Source: Serratia phage 92A1. Taken from it: a DNA stretch of 24,000 nt. Of this stretch, positions 1 through 8,408 are shown one piece after another. The position numbers and the translations under genes were made by a program. Where the stretch lies: sequence record OR088902.1, one strand, 5' to 3'. Every line of letters starts with the position of its first letter. The stretch's first letter is position 1. Under the pieces are notes generated by a model. It searched no databases and was not told where the DNA came from. It saw only the letters and a list, made by a program, of their open reading frames with translations.

Positions 1-2085
1 TTATTTAACCAGTTCGTTGATATTTTTAATCACTTCATCTGGTAGAGAGTAAGAGTTAACAACTACACGATAAATGACTTCGTTCTTAACTTTAAAGGCA
101 TTCACAGCATCTTTCATATCTTTATTGCGATCTTCTTGAAGAGTAGTGAAGATCTTTTTAGCCAATGACGCATCACTACTAATCTGATACGAATAGAACA
201 AATCATTGCAAGTACGAAGCTTGCTATAATTCGACATATCAGTACAGCCAATCAGTTTCTGTTCAATAAACGCCATTTTGTTGGCTCGTACACGATCATA
301 GAAAGTATCACTCAAAGTGAACCCATAACTTTCATACGGAGTATCATCAATCAGTTCTACAAACTTCTGAGTGATCGCTTCGATAGCACATTTGTACTTA
401 GATTCTTTTACATATTTGTGAGCAGCACCACGAACAATATACACCACTTTAGTGTCAATCAGGTGCAATGCTTCACGGAAGTTATAATAGTTAAAGCACT
501 GGTCAACATCGGCAATACTGCTGATGTCATCACGATTACGAAGAACAGCATAACCATCTAGAGCTCGAGCTTCATTAGCAGACAAGAAAAGATCTTCCGA
601 GTCCCAAGCCTTATACTTAGTGTTATAAGTCCATTTTTGGACATTACTATACTTAGGACGGGCATCGCCTGCATTTGGTTTTACTTTTGCTGGAGCCAAT
701 TTAACGATTGCTTCAGCTTTAGCATCAGAACCACGGTATTCATTATACGTTGTTCCTGGGAAAGCCTTACGAAGACTTTCTAATGCTGCTAAATGTTCTG
801 GATTTGATTCGTCAATCAGAATAATATATCTTGACTTTTTGTAACCAGACTCATGAAGACCACGAGCAAACTGAACACGTTTAGAAGGTTTATCGTCAAT
901 CAAAACGGTCACAGCTTCGACATTCATACCAGTGATTTCAGTTGGACTACAACGTGAATTCCAGGTGCTCTTAGCATACATCATACGAGGTTGATCACAG
1001 ATCTCGTAAATAGGGTGCTTAGTCCGAATATGAGATGTATTATAAAAGTTACTCAATGCGCTCAGAGAATTATTATGATCTGCAGTCAATGGATGCACTA
1101 CGTGTTGATCAAGCCAACGCTTTTGGTCATGACCTTGAGAATTATAATGCATTGCCAGTTTACGTGGATTATCAATAGCCAAGATTTTATCAACTACTTC
1201 TTTAGCTACAATTTTATCACGGTTAGTGACACGAGCTTCAATATTCGCTACAGTTTGTTCGTCAAGAGACAACTCTTCACGACTAGGAGTAATGTCTAGT
1301 TCGCCGAGCGGGAATCTAAAGTAGTGAACGCCACCAATGATACGCATCCATGAATTAGGCACTACTTCTTTCTGGATTGGATAAACAATGTTACCCATGA
1401 TCGCATAGAAACCATTTTCTTCAAAGCCGTAACGACCAGTGAAGTATTCATCTTCAGGGAACAGGCTAATTGAATCTTCTGGCAGATTAATTACTGTCGG
1501 CTTGATATTGTTAAAGCTACGGAACAAATACATTGCTTCGTTACGGAACTTTTGAAGATCATTTTCTTTTGCCGGGACGGTGATTTCAATGCCACTTGGC
1601 TCGTCAGTTGGTTCTGAGAAGGTCTCAATCAGGTTTGGTTCACCGTTGTCTAGGAACGCTGTGTAGCCACGAGCTACACTATTATGATTAGATACCACAC
1701 TGAAAGTTTCAGTGTAACTGAACGGACTCTTAGAGCCCAGACCCAATGCACCAATAAAGTCGTTTGAATTAGACTTAGTGGATGCAAAATAAGTAGTATA
1801 CAAGTTCATAACATCTTCATGATCAAGGCCTGGACCAAAGTCACGAACAATGAAACGAGGGTCAAGCATAGTAGGAAGAGTTACGTTAAAGTTTTTAGTG
1901 TGCCCGGCTAATACGTGAGCATCACATGCGTTACAAGCCAGTTCGCGAATAACAGCGCGAATTTTATGCTTATACAAGTTTGAGCTCAGGATTTTAAATG
2001 CCTTTGCCGATTGTGCGATTTTAAATTTGCTGCTTGAACCAGTATTAGAACCAATCGTTACTTCATCATCAGTATGTAGCTTCAC
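1..2085 (-). CDS. rIIA: rIIA-like protein (GHKL/HATPase-type N-terminus)
   Basis: 694-aa ORF with stop codon at 1-3. N-terminal GHKL-type motifs 'IRELACNACDAH', 'VRDFGPGLDHEDV' and 'GALGLGSKSPFSY'. Located downstream of the topoisomerase gene as in T4 (39-60-rIIA). Confidence 0.9.
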   Translation of the reverse strand: MKLHTDDEVTIGSNTGSSSKFKIAQSAKAFKILSSNLYKHKIRAVIRELACNACDAHVLAGHTKNFNVTLPTMLDPRFIVRDFGPGLDHEDVMNLYTTYFASTKSNSNDFIGALGLGSKSPFSYTETFSVVSNHNSVARGYTAFLDNGEPNLIETFSEPTDEPSGIEITVPAKENDLQKFRNEAMYLFRSFNNIKPTVINLPEDSISLFPEDEYFTGRYGFEENGFYAIMGNIVYPIQKEVVPNSWMRIIGGVHYFRFPLGELDITPSREELSLDEQTVANIEARVTNRDKIVAKEVVDKILAIDNPRKLAMHYNSQGHDQKRWLDQHVVHPLTADHNNSLSALSNFYNTSHIRTKHPIYEICDQPRMMYAKSTWNSRCSPTEITGMNVEAVTVLIDDKPSKRVQFARGLHESGYKKSRYIILIDESNPEHLAALESLRKAFPGTTYNEYRGSDAKAEAIVKLAPAKVKPNAGDARPKYSNVQKWTYNTKYKAWDSEDLFLSANEARALDGYAVLRNRDDISSIADVDQCFNYYNFREALHLIDTKVVYIVRGAAHKYVKESKYKCAIEAITQKFVELIDDTPYESYGFTLSDTFYDRVRANKMAFIEQKLIGCTDMSNYSKLRTCNDLFYSYQISSDASLAKKIFTTLQEDRNKDMKDAVNAFKVKNEVIYRVVVNSYSLPDEVIKNINELVK

Positions 2086-2324
2086 TTCAAATTCCTCATT
2101 TCATCATATGTCATTTTAATTGGTGTTCCACAGAACGAGAACACTGCACAGATCGTATTATAATCTTCCCTGGTTAATGCAGGTCCAATTCTACTATACA
2201 TTTCTGTAAGTTCAAATTCGGCCTGACGAATATCTTCGTCATCGTAATCCAAGAATTTCCTAAGTATTCTTGTATGATCGCCATTAAGGCCCGCGAAGGC
2301 CTTATCTAGTTCAGATTTTGTCAT
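2082..2324 (-). CDS. hypothetical protein (80 aa)
   Basis: ORF with 4-nt overlaps to both neighbours, consistent with translational coupling. Confidence 0.6.
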   Translation of the reverse strand: MTKSELDKAFAGLNGDHTRILRKFLDYDDEDIRQAEFELTEMYSRIGPALTREDYNTICAVFSFCGTPIKMTYDEMRNLK

Positions 2325-2773
2325 TTAGCCGCGTTCCAATATTTCAGAATAGCACGAACAGTGTTGTTCAAAGCTACATGATTATAAGGATCAATAGACG
2401 TCAGCTTTTCATAAGTACGAGGGTCAGCCAAACGCATACGAGTTACGTTGTCCATAAAACCTTTGACTGTGTGATCTGTCGTAGTTGCTAGTAGATGCAT
2501 AACTAGGTTGCGAGCAGAAAGAATCTCAGCCAGGTTCTCAGCAATTTCATGATGTTCCATTGTTTTAGAAACATTCAAAGTAGCAATACAGTTATCTTTA
2601 TGCCAGAATTCAATATACACTAGCTGAGAATCACGCCAAATATTCAGAGTGCATTCATCACCATAGATCCGTTGATCCAGTAGATGATTCAAAGCCAAGC
2701 ACATTTTATGCGCACGGTGCTTGTGAACCGAATTGGCTTTACTAAAAGTTTTGATACCGTTTTTAATAATCAT
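2321..2773 (-). CDS. hypothetical protein (150 aa)
   Basis: ORF coupled to both neighbours. Confidence 0.7.
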   Translation of the reverse strand: MIIKNGIKTFSKANSVHKHRAHKMCLALNHLLDQRIYGDECTLNIWRDSQLVYIEFWHKDNCIATLNVSKTMEHHEIAENLAEILSARNLVMHLLATTTDHTVKGFMDNVTRMRLADPRTYEKLTSIDPYNHVALNNTVRAILKYWNAAK

Positions 2774-3387
2774 TATTTCACCTTGTTATAATCAGCTATT
2801 GCATATTCAACACGAGGACCAGAAAGATCACCTAAGTCGTATTTGTCTATAATATACTCTAAGTTGTATTCAGCGTATTCAAAGAACTCACAATCAACTA
2901 AAGTTGCTTTACTTAATTTGAACAAACTCTGAGTACTACCATGGATAGTATCTTCTGGGTTAGTTTCGTAGATCGCAATATAGAACCCACAACGTTGCAA
3001 CGTGATACGATCAACGTCATCAAACCATTTAAACAGTTTTGCTAGACTTTCAAAACCAAACTCGTAGTCAGAATAATCTGCATGCAGGACTCTGAGCTTA
3101 CTTGCGAGTCTGAAGTCTTCGTAAACTGTCGGGTGCCGTTTATCTTCGTATCCACCTAAATGTTGGAACTTTTTGATGTTGTAGCGTAGCTCCCAGTCTA
3201 AAATTTCTTGACAATCATTTCTACGCCAGTTATAAGGACCTATACTAGTTGATAGGCCATTAGAACGCTTCTTAGGTGTTCTGACTAATCCACCGGCCTC
3301 ATTAAACGAGTAATGTAGGCTGCACGCGCGCTGGCGGTTTGCATTATGTACAAATGTAGAAAAGTTTCTTTCGACACGGTAGATCAT
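2773..3387 (-). CDS. hypothetical protein (204 aa)
   Basis: ORF begins just downstream of a promoter-like element at 3416-3445. Confidence 0.75.
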   Translation of the reverse strand: MIYRVERNFSTFVHNANRQRACSLHYSFNEAGGLVRTPKKRSNGLSTSIGPYNWRRNDCQEILDWELRYNIKKFQHLGGYEDKRHPTVYEDFRLASKLRVLHADYSDYEFGFESLAKLFKWFDDVDRITLQRCGFYIAIYETNPEDTIHGSTQSLFKLSKATLVDCEFFEYAEYNLEYIIDKYDLGDLSGPRVEYAIADYNKVK

Positions 3388-3415
3388 AATTTAGTCCTCA
3401 AGTGATAATGATGAC

Positions 3416-3445
3416 ATTCTATCATGGTCTCTAGACGTTGTAAAC
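3416..3445 (-). promoter_or_regulatory. early-type promoter GTTTAC-N18-TAGAAT
   Basis: Minus strand reads GTTTACAACGTCTAGAGACCATGATAGAAT. Same spacing as three other sites in this window. Confidence 0.7.
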
Positions 3446-3448
3446 CCC

Positions 3449-3472
3449 GAAAGGGAGCCGAAGCTCCCTTTT
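3449..3472 (-). terminator. UUCG-loop intrinsic terminator after topoisomerase gene
   Basis: Minus strand AAAAGGGAGC-TTCG-GCTCCCTTT, immediately downstream of the stop codon at 3474-3476. Confidence 0.75.
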
Positions 3473-3473
3473 A

Positions 3474-5294
3474 TTATGACATCCACTCTTTTCGCTTTTT
3501 AGGGTCTTCACCTAAGAGCATTTCAAACAGATCTTTCCAGTTCTCTGGCAACCGAACCACATCGTAGTTAGGTTCTTTAATCACTTTCTCGTACTCAGGC
3601 TCACGCAAGGAACCTAGACCTTTGATATATCGAATTTTATAACCCTGTTGTTCCAGAGTCGCCGCCTGTTTGTCATATGACGCTGAGTCATAAAACCATA
3701 TCGGGTCACCTTTAGCTTTAGCAGCGATCACCAGAGGGGTCTTAACAAATCGAATACGACCTTGTTCGAACATCTCGGGCCAATTGGTAAAGAACGCAAT
3801 CAATGATGGATAGATTGACCCAGTCCCATCGACGTCGGCATCAGTCATGATAGCAATATTCGTATACTGCAAGTCTTCAGCCTTTTCGCCAATCGTTAGT
3901 CCGGTGATAGCACAGATATCAAAGATTTCTTTGTTCTTAAGCATATCAGCAGCAGACATACCCCAGGTGTTAACAAACTTACCACGTAGTGGATAACCAC
4001 CTTGAGTATTCTGGTCTCGAACGTTGATCATAGGACCCATTGCTGAGTCACCTTCTGTCAAGAACAAAGTTGTCTCAGCTTTACCACAATGGTTTGCTTT
4101 AATATGCTTTTCAACTTTTGCTTTAGATGCTTTCTTTGCAGCCTTAGTAGCGGCAGCAGCTTCAGCAGCTAACTTACGAGCTAGAGCAGCTTCAATAATA
4201 GGCATCAACAAAGCTTCAGACTTCATGAACTGTTGAGCTAATTTCTTAACGTCTAAATTCAAATGTGTCTTACAATCACCCCAAGTATTAGTCAAACGTT
4301 CTTTAGTCTGAGAATCGAACTTCATGTTCTTCATATTACGAACAACAATGATCAAAGTCAAAGATTCTTTAATACGAGCTCGTGGGATTTCAATTTGATA
4401 TTTGCGTTTGATCATAGGCATCAGTTCTGTGCCTAGCTCATCAGTCAGCCAATCAATATGAGAACCACCATTCTTAGTATAAAGACCGTTCACAAATGAC
4501 ATCTGACGGAAGCCGTCTGGACTAGTGGTCAAAGCCAATGAAACATTATCATTTTCTACTGTAAGGTTATCACCAAACTGTTGTGCATACGCTTTAAATT
4601 TACCTTGGACTTTCTTCCCATTGAACTTGAATTCAATATCAGGATAAACTACAGCCAATGCCATAATACGATCTTGAATAACCTGGACTGAGGTCTCATC
4701 AATACGCATTGTGCCAAAATGCTCAAAGTTAGGACAGAATGAAACTGATGTTCCGTTCTTTGAACCTTTAGTGCTTGCCCAACCAATAGTTTCGGCGCCA
4801 TTTTGACAACTAACGGTCAAGATATTTTTACCGTCACAAGTTACGCCAGTGAACCATGAACTAAAGAAGTTAGTCAGTGAAGAACCAACACCGTTCATAC
4901 CTACTGTAGCACGTTCTTTATCGTCACCAAAGTTACCGCCAGCTTTAGTACGAGTCCATGCAGCTACTGGTCCAGGGATCTTATCACCTTCTGGAGTAAT
5001 AATTTCTGTCTGAGGAATACCACGACCATTATCACCGATAGTAACGATATTATCTTTAATTTCTACTGAGATCTTATTCGCAAACTTGAATTCAGTACGA
5101 ATAGCTTCATCCAATGAGTTATCAATAATCTCATCAATAATTTTAACTAGGCCTTGTACATAAGAAACTGGTCCATAGTTACCATACAAGAATCGTTCGA
5201 ATGATTCCATATCAGTAGAACCAATGTACATACCAGGACGTTTGATTACGTGCTCACGATCACTTAAAATTTTAACTTCATTAGATTGGGACAT
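3474..5294 (-). CDS. 39: DNA topoisomerase II large subunit (T4 gp39, with gp60-equivalent C-terminal part in one ORF)
   Basis: GHKL ATPase motifs 'IIDNSLDEA' and 'IGDNGRGIP'; TOPRIM motifs 'LFLTEGDSA' and 'IMTDADVDGTGSIYPSL'. I take the start as MSQSNEV at 5294 (AAAGGAGA RBS just upstream) rather than the ORF-track start at 5327. Confidence 0.93.
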   Translation of the reverse strand: MSQSNEVKILSDREHVIKRPGMYIGSTDMESFERFLYGNYGPVSYVQGLVKIIDEIIDNSLDEAIRTEFKFANKISVEIKDNIVTIGDNGRGIPQTEIITPEGDKIPGPVAAWTRTKAGGNFGDDKERATVGMNGVGSSLTNFFSSWFTGVTCDGKNILTVSCQNGAETIGWASTKGSKNGTSVSFCPNFEHFGTMRIDETSVQVIQDRIMALAVVYPDIEFKFNGKKVQGKFKAYAQQFGDNLTVENDNVSLALTTSPDGFRQMSFVNGLYTKNGGSHIDWLTDELGTELMPMIKRKYQIEIPRARIKESLTLIIVVRNMKNMKFDSQTKERLTNTWGDCKTHLNLDVKKLAQQFMKSEALLMPIIEAALARKLAAEAAAATKAAKKASKAKVEKHIKANHCGKAETTLFLTEGDSAMGPMINVRDQNTQGGYPLRGKFVNTWGMSAADMLKNKEIFDICAITGLTIGEKAEDLQYTNIAIMTDADVDGTGSIYPSLIAFFTNWPEMFEQGRIRFVKTPLVIAAKAKGDPIWFYDSASYDKQAATLEQQGYKIRYIKGLGSLREPEYEKVIKEPNYDVVRLPENWKDLFEMLLGEDPKKRKEWMS

Positions 5295-5324
5295 AAACTC
5301 TCCTTTAAAAACTCCATAATAACA

Positions 5325-5344
5325 CAAAAGGGCCGAAGCCCTTA
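5325..5344 (-). terminator. UUCG-loop intrinsic terminator
   Basis: Minus strand AAGGGC-TTCG-GCCCTTTTG, just downstream of ORF 5346-5582. Confidence 0.7.
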
Positions 5345-5345
5345 G

Positions 5346-5555
5346 TTATTCGCTAAACGTGTGTTTCTTAGCTCGTGGAAAAGTTGCGTTCTCTTTTTTG
5401 AAAACACGGATCTGCTTTTTAGTAGGCTTACAAGCATAGTGCTGGACAACTCTGAATTTTTCAAAATGAGCTACCAACTGGAAATATGTAGTGCCGTACT
5501 TTTTTTGCTGATCTTTATTTTTCTTAGATGGACCAATTTCTAAAGTAACATTCAT
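5346..5555 (-). CDS. hypothetical protein
   Basis: ORF 5346..5582. Internal start MNVTLEIG at 5555 preferred because it reduces overlap with the MazG-like gene. Confidence 0.6.
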   Translation of the reverse strand: MNVTLEIGPSKKNKDQQKKYGTTYFQLVAHFEKFRVVQHYACKPTKKQIRVFKKENATFPRAKKHTFSE

Positions 5556-5866
5556 GATATCTGCTGTTCCCATTTTGCACATTTCTTACGCAATTGAGCG
5601 TTCAGTTCATCTGTCATTTTCTCGCGGACTTGAGCGTAAGACAAACCATCAGCTTTTGCTGAGTGGATATAATCAAGCCATACGATATCAATAACACAGT
5701 TAATAACATCAGCTGCTTCGCCGATCAAAGGCTCGGTAGCTTTATATGGCCGATTCACACATACTGATAGTTCGCCAACTTCTTCCACCAAGTTCAACAT
5801 TACTTGTTCTACAGAACGAATAGGAGCGAACTCTGAAACTCGTAAAACTTCATTAATATCAAGCAT
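5552..5866 (-). CDS. MazG-like nucleotide pyrophosphohydrolase
   Basis: 104 aa with the helical NTP-PPase pattern 'NLVEEVGELSV...EAADVINCVIDIVW'. Confidence 0.75.
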   Translation of the reverse strand: MLDINEVLRVSEFAPIRSVEQVMLNLVEEVGELSVCVNRPYKATEPLIGEAADVINCVIDIVWLDYIHSAKADGLSYAQVREKMTDELNAQLRKKCAKWEQQIS

Positions 5867-6039
5867 TATCGCACCTTAGAAACAGTGTCGTAGAAGCCAC
5901 CGTGGATGCTACGAGGAGCGGTGATCGCTTGTTTGCATTGTTTATCACACTCAGGACATTTCGCTTCCTGGCGCTCACTGATCTTTTTAATGGCGTCAAA
6001 TACGCCGTGCTCTTGGCACGTATAAGAATATGTAGGCAT
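5866..6039 (-). CDS. FmdB-family-like zinc-ribbon protein (57 aa; not in supplied ORF track)
   Basis: Hand translation: MPTYSYTCQEHGVFDAIKKISERQEAKCPECDKQCKQAITAPRSIHGGFYDTVSKVR*. FmdB-like 'MPTYSYxCxxHGxFD' start and CPxC pair. Fills the gap exactly, with 1-nt overlaps on both sides. Confidence 0.75.
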   Translation of the reverse strand: MPTYSYTCQEHGVFDAIKKISERQEAKCPECDKQCKQAITAPRSIHGGFYDTVSKVR

Positions 6040-6557
6040 TATAGTCCGAATTGTGATTGTAAGAATTCGATTAATTGACGAGCTGATTTAGCAGAGCCAA
6101 TCGTTTTATTAATATGCACACTAGGCGAAACTGTAACGCCGGCTGGGATTTTAACCTTAACAACTTTTTCTTTTAATTGTACCGGAGTCAAACACTCGAC
6201 GTTCTCAGGGCCCAGGATTTCTTCTTCAGGGACAGCTGGATAATTACAAAATTCGCAGTCATCTGGATTATGTATATGACCTGTGCTCCAGCCATGTTCA
6301 CTATACGTAGTGAACAAACGTAGTTCCATTGGAGTGATGTGCCAATAGTCGGTTTCACCGATTTGCACTTTTGGAACACCTACGATTTCAATAGAGTAAT
6401 CAGTACAGCTAGAAAATCCAGCAATAGTGAATTCTGCTGTGCCATGGATGTTCATATGTCGCAAATAGTCTTCTACAATAGCATTGGACTTATGGCGCTC
6501 TGCGTACTTGGCACGATCAATATTACTTTTAAAGCGAATAACTTGAGTCCGCATCAT
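6039..6557 (-). CDS. hypothetical protein with possible Cys/His metal site
   Basis: ORF 6039..6572. Contains 'HGWSTGHIHNPDDCEFCNYPAVPEEE'. MMRTQVIRF start preferred. Confidence 0.65.
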   Translation of the reverse strand: MMRTQVIRFKSNIDRAKYAERHKSNAIVEDYLRHMNIHGTAEFTIAGFSSCTDYSIEIVGVPKVQIGETDYWHITPMELRLFTTYSEHGWSTGHIHNPDDCEFCNYPAVPEEEILGPENVECLTPVQLKEKVVKVKIPAGVTVSPSVHINKTIGSAKSARQLIEFLQSQFGL

Positions 6558-6757
6558 AATTTCTCCATCCAATATTCTGTGCCAACTGAAGAGACTTCGC
6601 GGAAGTGAGCTTCAGTGATTTTACCTTCAGGACTTACTTTATCGTACACATACAAAACCGTTACGTGATACTGATTAGAGCTATGCACTTTTTGCACAAC
6701 AACCAGATCTGGATTGAACATTACGTCTTCGAATTGCTCTTTAGTGATAGTAGTCAT
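6554..6757 (-). CDS. hypothetical protein (67 aa)
   Basis: ORF preceded by RBS (AAAGGAG) and promoter element at 6785-6814. Confidence 0.65.
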   Translation of the reverse strand: MTTITKEQFEDVMFNPDLVVVQKVHSSNQYHVTVLYVYDKVSPEGKITEAHFREVSSVGTEYWMEKL

Positions 6758-6784
6758 GATATACTCCTTTAAGTGTGTAGAGCT

Positions 6785-6814
6785 ATAGTAACATGACTCT
6801 ACACACTTGTAAAC
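6785..6814 (-). promoter_or_regulatory. early-type promoter GTTTAC-N18-TACTAT
   Basis: Minus strand GTTTACAAGTGTGTAGAGTCATGTTACTAT, upstream of gene at 6757. Confidence 0.75.
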
Positions 6815-6816
6815 AC

Positions 6817-7233
6817 TTAAACTAAGCCAAGATTGGCGTCTTTGAAATCTTCGATTTCAATGATTTCATCAAGAGCAACATCAAAGTATTCACCAAAGGC
6901 TACAACGTTAGCACGATCACCGCCGTCATCATTGTACACGAGAGTACACAGTCCCCAGAATGAAGTCTCGCAACCAGCACGTGGATGATAAGAACCTGGG
7001 ATATGGACTGCTTTACCTTCTAGGACATGAGTAAAAGCAGGTTTATGGAAAGCGATAGGCTCTAACTGAGACAATGCAATCTCATAATTTTTAGAATCAC
7101 CAAAATCTACAAACGCTGCAGTGGCAACATAAGTTGGTGCTGGGAATCGAGTGAAGCTCACAATTTTACCTACACGGCTTTTATGTTGTGAACGACTGGT
7201 GGATTTTACTTGGACTATTTCATGGATATTCAT
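6817..7233 (-). CDS. hypothetical protein (about 138 aa)
   Basis: ORF track gives 6817..7389, but the first 52 codons overlap dexA. Start MNIHEIVQVK at 7233 fits the dexA stop region at 7238. Confidence 0.65.
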   Translation of the reverse strand: MNIHEIVQVKSTSRSQHKSRVGKIVSFTRFPAPTYVATAAFVDFGDSKNYEIALSQLEPIAFHKPAFTHVLEGKAVHIPGSYHPRAGCETSFWGLCTLVYNDDGGDRANVVAFGEYFDVALDEIIEIEDFKDANLGLV

Positions 7234-7237
7234 AATA

Positions 7238-7927
7238 TTACCTTGTTTTAGGAAGAGATAATGGATCTGCATTAGCTTCATCAGGACACTCTTCAAGACC
7301 AAGAGCATACCGCTGAGCATACTTAAGCATAAGGACGTCCTTGGCACAGTCATGGACACTGTCATGTGCAACAAAGCCATCAAGAGCACCTTTAGGCAGT
7401 GGAGTCGTACTTAGACCACGAACCAATGAATAACAACTGATCGCTGTACGGATATCACGTTGCTGCCAGAACTTAACTGGTTCTAACTTAAATGTGTCGA
7501 TATCTTTGTCTTCGCAACCTGTGTCGTGCTTGTACAATTCACGGATCAAATCAGTAAAGATCGGGAAGTCAAACGACATACCGCGACACCAACCTTCTGA
7601 TTTCCATGGATCAACGCCTTGCTCACGTAGATAATCTAGTGCTTGTCTTGTACCTTCAAGAGTGGTAACATCTTCAGCAGATTTAACCAAGTTTTTCTTA
7701 GCTTCTGCTGATTGAGATTTCCACCAAGCAATAGTCCCAGTTGAAACTGAACGCTTACCTTTTTGAGAAGCGAGATCGAACTTAATACGTTTACCACGAG
7801 CAATCAACTCAGCGAAACTTTCATACACTGTTGGGTCTGGATCAAAAGCAATCAACGCTAGGTCGATTACAGTTGAGTTAGCCACAGAGTTAAATGTTTC
7901 AAAGTCTGCAATAAAATCGCGCATCAA
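7238..7927 (-). CDS. dexA: DexA-like 3'-5' exonuclease (DEDD superfamily)
   Basis: 'DFIADFETFNSVANSTVIDLALIAFDPD' (DxE motif), 'CRGMSFDFPIF' and 'HDSVHDCAKDVLML'. Next to dda as in T4. Confidence 0.85.
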   Translation of the reverse strand: MMRDFIADFETFNSVANSTVIDLALIAFDPDPTVYESFAELIARGKRIKFDLASQKGKRSVSTGTIAWWKSQSAEAKKNLVKSAEDVTTLEGTRQALDYLREQGVDPWKSEGWCRGMSFDFPIFTDLIRELYKHDTGCEDKDIDTFKLEPVKFWQQRDIRTAISCYSLVRGLSTTPLPKGALDGFVAHDSVHDCAKDVLMLKYAQRYALGLEECPDEANADPLSLPKTR

Positions 7928-8163
7928 ATCACCTTATAAATGGACTCAACAATTTCGTCTGAACAAATAATGTGAGTTTGGTTAAAATGTTCAGCAACTT
8001 CTACTTGAGTATCAAGGTAAATCATAACATTATACATGTGTTGCATATAAACATCATTTCGTGCAGGGAACCCAGTCATTCGACTTGATTCTCTGTTCTC
8101 TTCTACCCAAGTATCATATTGCTTAATCAAGCCTTTAGCCTGTTCAATATTAATCTTAATCAT
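7924..8163 (-). CDS. hypothetical protein (79 aa)
   Basis: ORF with 4-nt overlap to dexA start. Confidence 0.6.
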   Translation of the reverse strand: MIKINIEQAKGLIKQYDTWVEENRESSRMTGFPARNDVYMQHMYNVMIYLDTQVEVAEHFNQTHIICSDEIVESIYKVI

Positions 8164-8408
8164 AATAAACCTTTAGTTTTAGAGAACAAATTAACAAGTC
8201 CAGAATATTCTGAAACAGATATATGATACACTTGTGGCATAATACCCAATGCGTTGTCAGTCATCAAAGTAGAGACAGACTTCATAACAAGCAATGCTGC
8301 ATTAATTTCGAGTTTGATCATATAATTATCAGTAGGAGCAGCCTTATTGGCTAGTACTTTGAGTCGAGAGACAATGCTCTCGACCTGACCACTTGTTAAA
8401 CTAAACAT
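8160..8408 (-). CDS. hypothetical protein (about 82 aa)
   Basis: ORF 8160..8522. Start MFSLTSGQVE at 8408 avoids a long overlap with the helicase gene. Confidence 0.55.
   Translation of the reverse strand: MFSLTSGQVESIVSRLKVLANKAAPTDNYMIKLEINAALLVMKSVSTLMTDNALGIMPQVYHISVSEYSGLVNLFSKTKGLL

Noticed and set aside
991-1299. Plus-strand 102-aa ORF inside rIIA
   Set aside because: Fully antisense to a well-supported gene; composition looks like a shadow frame with no recognisable domain or RBS.
5295-5327. N-terminal 11-codon extension 'MCYYGVFKGEF' of the topoisomerase ORF
   Set aside because: Codons overlap the terminator and RBS region; MSQSNEV at 5294 has an AAAGGAGA RBS.
7234-7389. N-terminal extension of ORF 6817-7389
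   Set aside because: Lies entirely within dexA in another frame; composition is atypical and an internal Met at 7233 gives normal gene packing.
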